Positions 57,304 to 64,000 of a DNA stretch of 64,000 bases are shown here, in pieces. The stretch is from an uncultured Solirubrobacterales bacterium (lineage in GTDB: Bacteria; Actinomycetota; Thermoleophilia; Solirubrobacterales; 70-9): the NCBI GenBank assembly GCA_963736685.1, contig CAVTPZ010000017.1, positions 9,607 through 73,606 on the forward strand, read 5' to 3'. Made by a program: the position numbers and the translations under genes. The first letter of the stretch is position 1; each line of letters begins with the position of its first letter. The notes under the pieces are model-generated. The model saw only the letters and a list, made by a program, of their open reading frames with translations. It searched no databases and was not told the DNA's origin.

Positions 57304-57346
57304 TAGCACAACTATACCGTTGTATGCTAGTGTGATTGTGATCACA
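57304..57346. promoter_or_regulatory. Candidate operator(s) in the ArsR/OsmC divergent intergenic region
   Basis: An imperfect inverted repeat TAGCACAAC-N6-GTTGTATGCTA (57304-57329) and a perfect palindrome TGTGATCACA (57337-57346) preceded by a TGTGAT half-site. Confidence 0.35.
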
Positions 57347-57348
57347 CC

Positions 57349-57762
57349 ATGAGGATGACAGCGGCAACAGAACGAGTCGGAAAGCTTCGCCACCGCGTCG
57401 ATGTCAACGGGCGGCACACGATCGTCACGGACGAGCCGCGCACGCTCGGCGGGACGGACGAGGGGCCGGCCCCTCACGAGCTCCTCCCCGCCGCGCTCGC
57501 CTCCTGCATCGCCACAATGGTCGCCCTGTACGCGGAACGCCACGAGTGGGAGGTCGGTGACGCGAGGGTCGAGGTGGAGTACGACCCCGAGTCCGAACCG
57601 CGTCACTTCGAGATCGAGCTTCTCCTGCCGAGCGACCTCTCTCCCGATCAGGTCCGCAGGCTCGAGCGAGTCGCCGAGAGTTGCCCGCTTCGACGTGCCC
57701 TGGAGACCGGCTTCGAGTTCGAGGAGAGGATCGTCACGCAGCCGTCAGGCGTCGCGGCGTAA
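57349..57762 (+). CDS. OsmC/Ohr-family protein
   Basis: 137 aa with GPAPHELLPAALASC and AESCPLRRAL (the two conserved Cys regions). Confidence 0.85.
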   Translation: MRMTAATERVGKLRHRVDVNGRHTIVTDEPRTLGGTDEGPAPHELLPAALASCIATMVALYAERHEWEVGDARVEVEYDPESEPRHFEIELLLPSDLSPDQVRRLERVAESCPLRRALETGFEFEERIVTQPSGVAA

Positions 57763-57782
57763 ACCGGGAACGTTCGCGGGCT

Positions 57783-58973
57783 CTAGTAGCCGGCGGGATG
57801 GCGCGCGACGAAGTCGGCCGTGTTCTCGTTCAGCTCAGTCGACCAGCGCGGGCCGTCGGAGCCATTGCCGGCCGTGTCCCAGCGCAGGCCGGCGATCATC
57901 GCCCAGGCGTGGCCGCTGTTGGCGAAGACGGTGATCCAATTGCCGGCGCCCGGCTCCCCCCAGACCTCGAAGCCGGTCGAGTCGAGCGGACTGGAGAGGA
58001 GACCGCCGCCGTGCAGGGCGAAGCTGACCGCTCCCGAGCAGTCGTAGCCGCTCGCGGTGAACGAGCCGTGCCCCCCACCCCATATGTAGGGCAGGTCGTC
58101 GATCTGGTTGGCGGCCTCGATCGCACCGCGGACGGCGAGGGGAGCGTTGGAGGGCGGGATGGCATCCCCGTTGGAGTCGATCGTCGCCCGTCCGGCCGGT
58201 GCCGGGATGTGGGAGATGTCGAGCTGGATCTGGCGCTCCTTCGCGAGGAGCGCGTTCAGCACGCCCTGGCGGGCGTTGCGCGCGGAGACCAGCGAGGACT
58301 GCTGCTGCTGGATCTGGGCGTGCTGGGACGCGATCTGCCGTTCCTTGGCCGCGACGGCGTCGCGGGCGGCCAGGATTCGGTCGTGGGTGACCTGCAGCTG
58401 GTTCACCAGGGCGGTGATCTGGTCGCGAAGGCCGCGGACGCGCGAGACGACCTCGTTGTCGTAGCTCTGGATGTGGTCGATGTACTCGGTGCGGGTGAGC
58501 AGATCCGACCAGTTGGCGGACTGCATGATCACCGAGGTGACGTCGGGGTCGTTCGACTTGTACATCTGAACGAGCAGCTGCTCGAGGGCGCCGACCGCCT
58601 TCTGCAGCTTCGCGCGGATCCGGCGCAGCTCGGCCTTCTCCGCGTTGAGCTCCGCCGTTGCTTTGTCAAGCTCGGCCTGCTTCTGGTCGAGCTGAGCCTG
58701 GGCCGCCGCCTGCGCCTCGCGCAGGTGCGACTCCTCGCCGATCAGCTGATCGACGCGCTGGTTCATGGCGTCGATCTGGCTCTGCAGCGAGCCTGAGCTC
58801 GACTGGATGCGGCTGAGCTCGTCCTGCTTCTGGGCGATCTTCGACGCCGGGTCGCCGAAGGCGCTCTGCCCGACGGTGACTCCCGCCACCACCAGCGCGA
58901 TGAAGACGATCAGCGAGAGCACCGCCATGCGGCCGCGGCGAGTCGTTCTCGGTCTCTGGGTACGAGTCGGCAT
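57783..58973 (-). CDS. Coiled-coil NlpC/P60 (C40) peptidoglycan hydrolase
   Basis: TM/signal anchor, a ~230-aa Gln/Ala-rich coiled coil, and the C-terminal motif YIWGGGHGSFTASGYDCSG. I prefer the ATG at 58973 (the alternative is TTG 59000). Confidence 0.85.
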   Translation of the reverse strand: MPTRTQRPRTTRRGRMAVLSLIVFIALVVAGVTVGQSAFGDPASKIAQKQDELSRIQSSSGSLQSQIDAMNQRVDQLIGEESHLREAQAAAQAQLDQKQAELDKATAELNAEKAELRRIRAKLQKAVGALEQLLVQMYKSNDPDVTSVIMQSANWSDLLTRTEYIDHIQSYDNEVVSRVRGLRDQITALVNQLQVTHDRILAARDAVAAKERQIASQHAQIQQQQSSLVSARNARQGVLNALLAKERQIQLDISHIPAPAGRATIDSNGDAIPPSNAPLAVRGAIEAANQIDDLPYIWGGGHGSFTASGYDCSGAVSFALHGGGLLSSPLDSTGFEVWGEPGAGNWITVFANSGHAWAMIAGLRWDTAGNGSDGPRWSTELNENTADFVARHPAGY

Positions 58974-59236
58974 CGGCAGTTCAGCGCGCGAGCCCTGCAA
59001 GCCCGGCGGCTGCAGCCAGGCTAGAGCTTCGACCCCGAATTGTCAGCAGTTGCTAACAGGCCTGCAAGATTGCTTGCGCCTGGCCTACCCAGAAACGACC
59101 AGGAACGTCCGGCCCACTCGAGATCCGGCACGTCGCTGATGAACACGTCGAGCACGTCCGGATCGAAGTGCTTTCCCCGACCCTCCGACATGATCTCCCT
59201 AACGCCCCACCGCTCGCCTGTCTACGATCGCTTCCC

Positions 59237-60139
59237 ATGAGCGAGCAATTCTGCGACGTCGGCCGAGGCGTGACCCTCTGCTACGAGACGTTCGGCGACC
59301 GTGCCGACCCGCCGATCCTCCTGATCATGGGGCTGGCGACCCAGATGATCGCCTGGCACGAGGACTTCTGCGAGGCGCTGGCCGAGCGCGGCTTCTACGT
59401 CGTGCGCTTCGACAACCGGGACATCGGCCGCTCGACGCACTTCGACTTCCGCCCGCCGAGCGTGGGCCAGATGCTCCGCCGGCGGGTCGGACCCGAGCAG
59501 TACACGCTCTCCGACATGGCCGAGGACACCGCAACGCTGATGCGCAAGCTCGAGATCGCGCCCGCGCACGTCGTGGGCGCCTCGATGGGCGGGATGATCG
59601 GCCAGATGCTGGCGGCTGAGCATCCCGAGGTGGTCCGCTCGCTCACCTCGATCATGTCGACGACCGGCAGTCGCTGGCACGGCCAGCCCCACCCCTCGGT
59701 CTACCGGTATCTGCTCCGCCCCCCTCCCCATGACCGAGAGGGCTACGTCGAGCGCTCGGCGGAGGTCTTCGGCCTGGTCGGATCGACGGGATTCCCGCGC
59801 GACGAGCAGTACGTCCGCGAGCGGGCGGCCCGCAGCTACGACCGCGGCTTCGACGTCAGAGCGGGCGGGCGGCAGCTGGGCGCGATCATCGCCTCGGGCG
59901 ACCGCACCGACAAGCTCGCCCGCATCACCGCCCCCACGCTGGTGATCCACGGAACGGTCGACAAGCTGGTCCGCCCGTCGGGCGGCAGGGCCACAGCAAA
60001 GGCCATTCCCGGCGCTCGCCTGATGATGATCGAGGGCATGGGCCACGACCTGCCGCGCGGCGTCTGGCCGACGATCATCGACGCGGTCGCCGAACATGCG
60101 CGCGCCGCCGACGGCGCCCGGGCGCGCGCGGCCGCCTAG
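59237..60139 (+). CDS. Alpha/beta hydrolase
   Basis: Motifs ILLIMGL, GASMGG and GHDLP. Confidence 0.85.
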   Translation: MSEQFCDVGRGVTLCYETFGDRADPPILLIMGLATQMIAWHEDFCEALAERGFYVVRFDNRDIGRSTHFDFRPPSVGQMLRRRVGPEQYTLSDMAEDTATLMRKLEIAPAHVVGASMGGMIGQMLAAEHPEVVRSLTSIMSTTGSRWHGQPHPSVYRYLLRPPPHDREGYVERSAEVFGLVGSTGFPRDEQYVRERAARSYDRGFDVRAGGRQLGAIIASGDRTDKLARITAPTLVIHGTVDKLVRPSGGRATAKAIPGARLMMIEGMGHDLPRGVWPTIIDAVAEHARAADGARARAAA

Positions 60140-60825
60140 GCGCGCAGCAGCGATGCGTGGACCGCCCCATCGGGACTGGCGATCCACAGCGATGATTCAT
60201 CCCTGATCAACGCGACCTCGCCCGCCATGGCCGGGTCGCGGTATTCGATCTCGACGTCGATCGACTCGGGTTCAGGATCAGCGGCGAGCTCCTCCTCGAG
60301 CGGGGTCCAGTAGTGGGAGTTGTTGATGTGCCCGGCGGGATCCATCTCGGTGGCGCGGAATGTCCAGGGCGAGGTCGCGGCGCCCTCCGGCGGATCTGGG
60401 TGCCGCAGCCGCACGTTCGCGTCCCGCCCGGCGGCGCTCTCCTCATAGACGGCGGCGAAGTCCGGCGGAAAGCGCATCGGCCGTCCGCGATCGGGATCGA
60501 GGCAGACCCAGAGCGAGACCGTCTCCACCGCCGCGGTCTCCCCGGCGATGGAGGTCCGGCGCTCCGCGGAGAAGCGGCCGAAGCCGCTGCAGAAGGTCCG
60601 CAGGGTGAGCGGCTCACCGAAGCGCGGGAACCGCTCGACCCGGATCCGCGTCCGCCGCACGATCCAGGCCCCGCGACCCTCGAAGCCGGCGTCCACCAGG
60701 TCGGCGTAGGCCACGTCCTGCAGCCACCTCGCCATGGCGTCCAGGCGGCAACGTCCGGCCGCGTCGGCGTCGGCTATTCCAGGCAGCATCGCCTGGTCGT
60801 AGGCGCGGCCGCCGGGCCAATCCAC
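60136..60825 (-). CDS. Acyl-ACP thioesterase-family (double hotdog) protein
   Basis: Pattern RLDAMARWLQDVAYAD, RRTRIRVERFPRFGE and MDPAGHINNSHYW. Confidence 0.7.
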   Translation of the reverse strand: MDWPGGRAYDQAMLPGIADADAAGRCRLDAMARWLQDVAYADLVDAGFEGRGAWIVRRTRIRVERFPRFGEPLTLRTFCSGFGRFSAERRTSIAGETAAVETVSLWVCLDPDRGRPMRFPPDFAAVYEESAAGRDANVRLRHPDPPEGAATSPWTFRATEMDPAGHINNSHYWTPLEEELAADPEPESIDVEIEYRDPAMAGEVALIRDESSLWIASPDGAVHASLLRA

Positions 60826-60845
60826 CAGCTCCGCGAGCTCCGCCG

Positions 60846-62291
60846 CTACTTGAGCTCCTCGAGCGAGTCGCGCAGCCGGTCCAGCATGGACCAGAGATCC
60901 GGCATCTGGTCGCGGTCGGCGACGATGCCGAAGTCCAGCTTCCCGCAGTAGCTCATCACGGTCATGTTGAGGCCCATGCCGTCGGTGATCACCGAGATCG
61001 GATAGTTCCCGACCAGCCTGGCGCCCGCGCAGTAGAGGGGAAACTGGGGGCCGGGTACGTTGGAGACGACCAGGTTCCAGGTCGGCCGGCCCGGCCCACT
61101 GGTGGAAATCGCGAAGGTCGCCCGAGCAGCCCTGGCGAAGACGGCTGGCGGGATGAAGTGGTTCGTGTCCTGAAGCAGCTCGGCCGGGAGCGCCCGGTGG
61201 TGCTCCTTCATCGCCGCCAGAGCGCGATGGGTCTTCTCCAACCGCCTGACCGCGTTGGGCTCGTTGGTGAAGAGAGGCGCGCTCATCAGCATGATCCGGT
61301 TGCCGTAGGTGCCCATCTCCTCGTCCGTCCTGACGGAGACCGGCACCTGGACGACGAGCGGGTCAGGCGGCAGGTCGTCGTGCTCGAGCAGCCAGCTGCG
61401 GACGGCGCCCGCGCAGACCGAGACGACCACGTCGTTCACGGTCACGCCGTGCTTGTTCTTCACCTCCTTCACCTCGTCCAGCGTGAGCTGGCCGAAGGCG
61501 AAGCGCCGGTGAGGCGAGATCCGGCCGTTGAAGCAGGTCTTCGGCGCCTTGAAGTGGGTGTGGGCGAGCACCCCGCTCTCCCGATTGCTGAATGGCCGGG
61601 TGAGCCGGTCGGTCACCCTGGCGAGCAGCCCGATTCCCGGGATCCCCGCGAACACGGGGGACTCGTCCAGGTTCGGCAGCGCCCGCGGCAGGGACCGCAG
61701 GATCCGCAGCGGGTAGCGCGGGAAGCCCAGCAGCCCCCGCGTGAGCATCTCGAGCTCAGACGGCTGCCGGTCCCCCCCGTTCTCACTGGGCTCGGGCAGG
61801 TCTCTTCCCTCTGCCTCCAGGTCAAAGAGCACCCCCATGATCTCCGCACCGGACAGACCGTCGATCAGCGAGTGGTGGATCTTGGTGAGCAGGGCCTTGT
61901 GGCCGTCCTCGAGGCCGTGAATCAGGTACAGCTCCCAAAGCGGCCGGGAGCGATCGAGCGGCCGCTCCGCGATCCGCGCCGCCTGCTCCGCGAGCTTCTC
62001 CTTCGCTCCCCCCGGCGGCAGGGCGAGCTCGCGGACGTGGAAGTCGAGCTCGAAGTGGGGATCGTCGAGCCAGTACGGATAGTCGAGCCCGAAGGGGACC
62101 TCCACCAGCCGCCAGCGCAGCGGCGGCAGCAGCGGCAATCGCTCCTCCATCAGGTCGCGGATGTCCTGGAAGGTGAGCTCTCCGCTCGGCGTGGTCGAGG
62201 GGTCGAGGATCGTCAGGCTGGCGACGTGGCCGGTCTGGTGTGAGCTCTCCAGCGCCAGGAACTGCGCGTCGAGGCTGGTCAGCTGGCGCAT
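60846..62291 (-). CDS. Wax ester synthase/diacylglycerol acyltransferase (WS/DGAT)
   Basis: ATG at 62291 (MRQLTSLDAQFL). Active site is HHSLIDG. C-terminal motif is NVPGP. Confidence 0.9.
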   Translation of the reverse strand: MRQLTSLDAQFLALESSHQTGHVASLTILDPSTTPSGELTFQDIRDLMEERLPLLPPLRWRLVEVPFGLDYPYWLDDPHFELDFHVRELALPPGGAKEKLAEQAARIAERPLDRSRPLWELYLIHGLEDGHKALLTKIHHSLIDGLSGAEIMGVLFDLEAEGRDLPEPSENGGDRQPSELEMLTRGLLGFPRYPLRILRSLPRALPNLDESPVFAGIPGIGLLARVTDRLTRPFSNRESGVLAHTHFKAPKTCFNGRISPHRRFAFGQLTLDEVKEVKNKHGVTVNDVVVSVCAGAVRSWLLEHDDLPPDPLVVQVPVSVRTDEEMGTYGNRIMLMSAPLFTNEPNAVRRLEKTHRALAAMKEHHRALPAELLQDTNHFIPPAVFARAARATFAISTSGPGRPTWNLVVSNVPGPQFPLYCAGARLVGNYPISVITDGMGLNMTVMSYCGKLDFGIVADRDQMPDLWSMLDRLRDSLEELK

Positions 62292-62297
62292 GGGACG

Positions 62298-62972
62298 ATG
62301 ATATGGATGCTCGTCCATTTCGTTCGCCACGGCGAATCGGCCTCGAATGCCGCGCCGGGTGCGATGGCACTGCCGGGGAATTCCGGCGATCGGCTTACCG
62401 AGCGCGGGTTCGAGCAGGCGCGCGCCGTCGCCGAGCGCCTCGGCGAGGCTGGTGCCACGCACATCCTGACCAGCACGCTGCGGCGCGCCCGCGAGACAGC
62501 CGACGTGATCGCCGAGAGGCTCGAGCTGCCCGTCACCGAGGTCGAGGAGCTGCGCGAGCTCCGCGAGTCCGAGGACTTCGGCGAGCTCTCACTGGAGGAC
62601 CAGCGCCTCCGCCGCTGGTCGGTATGGATGGCCGAGCACGGCGACGATCCGGATCACTCCTATCGCGGCGGCGAGTCCTTCAACGAGATCATGGGCCGCG
62701 TCCAGGTGCTCCAGGAGCGCCTGGTCGCGGACGAGAGCGATTCCGTGATCGCGGTCAGCCACGGCATCTTCCTGCGCTTCTTCCTGATGCGGGTCCTCTT
62801 CGGCCCGGAGTTCCGGCCGTCCCAGGTCCGCAGCCTTTGGCAGCTCGCCTCCCTCAACTGCGGGATCTGCGGATTCGAGTACCGGGAGCGGGATCTCGAG
62901 GCGAACTACGCCACCGAGCCCTGGCGCTGCTTCAGTTGGATGGCGCCGGCGCCGACGCGCCCGCCACGGTGA
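62298..62972 (+). CDS. Histidine phosphatase (phosphoglycerate mutase-like) family
   Basis: Motifs RHGES, LRRARETA and VSHG. Confidence 0.85.
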   Translation: MIWMLVHFVRHGESASNAAPGAMALPGNSGDRLTERGFEQARAVAERLGEAGATHILTSTLRRARETADVIAERLELPVTEVEELRELRESEDFGELSLEDQRLRRWSVWMAEHGDDPDHSYRGGESFNEIMGRVQVLQERLVADESDSVIAVSHGIFLRFFLMRVLFGPEFRPSQVRSLWQLASLNCGICGFEYRERDLEANYATEPWRCFSWMAPAPTRPPR

Positions 62973-64000
62973 CCGGCTCGTCGGGCGAGACCTGTGTGTC
63001 CAGGTTGAACTCTGCTCCCGGCGGTGGCTCCACGTCGCCCTCGAGCAGGGGGTCGTCGGTCTCGCGCATCCATTCGGTGAGCCGGCCGGAGAGCTGGGAG
63101 AGGACCTGCTCGTGGGCCGGGTCGCCGGCCAGGTTGCGGCCCTCCCCCGGATCGAGCACCAGGTCGTAGAGCTGCTCGCGGTCGACATGCTCCTCGCCCC
63201 ATCCCGCCTCCACCAGCAGCTCCTTGCTGGCGCTGTCGTCGCAGTTGGCCAGGACCGGGCGGTCATAGTCGAGGTAGCGGCGGATGTACTTCCAGCGATC
63301 GGTCCGGATCGCGCGCTGGGGCTCGTAGGCCGCGTGGTAGGTGACCTCGGAGAAGACCTCGTCGTTGACCCGGTCGACCTCGCCGTGGACGAGCGGCATC
63401 AGGGAGCGGCCCTGGAGGAAATCCGGCTTCTCGGTCCCGGCGACCTCGCAGAGCGTCGGATAGATGTCGAGGTGGCTGACCAGGGAATCGATCACCCGCC
63501 CGCCCGTGAAGCCACCGGGCCCGCGCATCACGAGCATCACACCAGTGCCGCGGTCAAACAGCGTGGCCTTGGCCCCCGGGAAGGCGAGCCCATGGTCGGT
63601 CGTGCAGATCACGAGCGTCCTCTCCTGCAGCTCGAGGTCGTGAACGGCGTGCAGGACGGCGCCGATCCCCTGATCCAGTGAGCGGGCGCTGGCCTTGAAG
63701 GCGGCGATGTCCTGTCGCGTCGCCTTCGCGTCGGGCAGGTTCGACGGGGGCAGCGAGTAGAGGGAGTCGCGCACCGAGGTCGGCGCAGCGAAGTCCCGGT
63801 GCGTCTCGAAGAACCCGACCGACATGAACCAGGGCTCGGCCGCGCCGGCCATCGCCTTGGCGGTGATCGGAGCGACGTCGCTCGCGTGATTCGAGTCGAC
63901 GTGGATGACCTCGTCGTAGCCGATCACGGCGGGATCCACCGAGATGTGCTGCTCGCCGACGAGGATGGTGCGATAGCCCGCGTGGCTCAGGGGATGCACG
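62932..64000 (-). CDS. Sulfatase-family protein (partial; N-terminus beyond the window)
   Basis: Central and C-terminal sulfatase blocks (TTDHGLAFPGAKATLFD, DIYPTLCE). The ORF is open at the window edge. Confidence 0.8.
   Translation of the reverse strand, partial: VHPLSHAGYRTILVGEQHISVDPAVIGYDEVIHVDSNHASDVAPITAKAMAGAAEPWFMSVGFFETHRDFAAPTSVRDSLYSLPPSNLPDAKATRQDIAAFKASARSLDQGIGAVLHAVHDLELQERTLVICTTDHGLAFPGAKATLFDRGTGVMLVMRGPGGFTGGRVIDSLVSHLDIYPTLCEVAGTEKPDFLQGRSLMPLVHGEVDRVNDEVFSEVTYHAAYEPQRAIRTDRWKYIRRYLDYDRPVLANCDDSASKELLVEAGWGEEHVDREQLYDLVLDPGEGRNLAGDPAHEQVLSQLSGRLTEWMRETDDPLLEGDVEPPPGAEFNLDTQVSPDEPVTVAGASAPAPSN

Overview
This is a high-GC (roughly 70%) chromosomal segment. Its gene content and strong GC3 codon bias are typical of Actinomycetota; the exact lineage cannot be determined from the sequence alone. 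I support about 60 tightly packed protein-coding genes, many joined by GTGA/ATGA overlaps. I recognised no rRNA, tRNA, CRISPR array, transposase or integrase.

Content from left to right:
- A MoxR / DUF58 / transglutaminase triad.
- Two lipoproteins followed by an OmpR-type two-component system.
- A PucR-type regulator divergent from an acyl-CoA desaturase.
- A membrane GAF-GGDEF-EAL protein.
- A module of small protein / STAS / cNMP-CBS-DUF294 nucleotidyltransferase / DnaQ-like exonuclease.
- APC-family permeases.
- A glycerol kinase and glycerol-3-phosphate dehydrogenase cluster.
- A potassium/cation block: Kup, a CaCA exchanger, and an unusually organised kdp locus.
- A gamma-glutamylation (GS-like / aldehyde dehydrogenase / SDR / amidotransferase) amine-catabolism cluster, plus RidA and threonine dehydratase.
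- An esterase fused to a Baeyer-Villiger monooxygenase.
- A persulfide-dioxygenase-like MBL protein with two rhodanese domains.
- An ArsR / DUF2892 / MMPL operon.
- A coiled-coil NlpC/P60 hydrolase.
- A neutral-lipid set (alpha/beta hydrolase, acyl-ACP thioesterase, WS/DGAT).
- A partial sulfatase running off the right edge.

The most interesting region is the kdp locus (29.8-39.4 kb). Its gene order is F-A-C-B rather than F-A-B-C. KdpD is split into a separate N-terminal sensor protein and a membrane histidine kinase. There are two tandem KdpF-like peptides. Two paralogous uncharacterised small proteins are embedded in the operon (one is translationally coupled), and a third paralog lies at 14.4 kb next to a STAS gene.

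A second notable pattern is at least nine apparent single-base frame disruptions in seven otherwise recognisable genes. Seven of the nine fall in the first 17 kb. These are either assembly indels or real gene decay, and the sequence alone cannot tell which.
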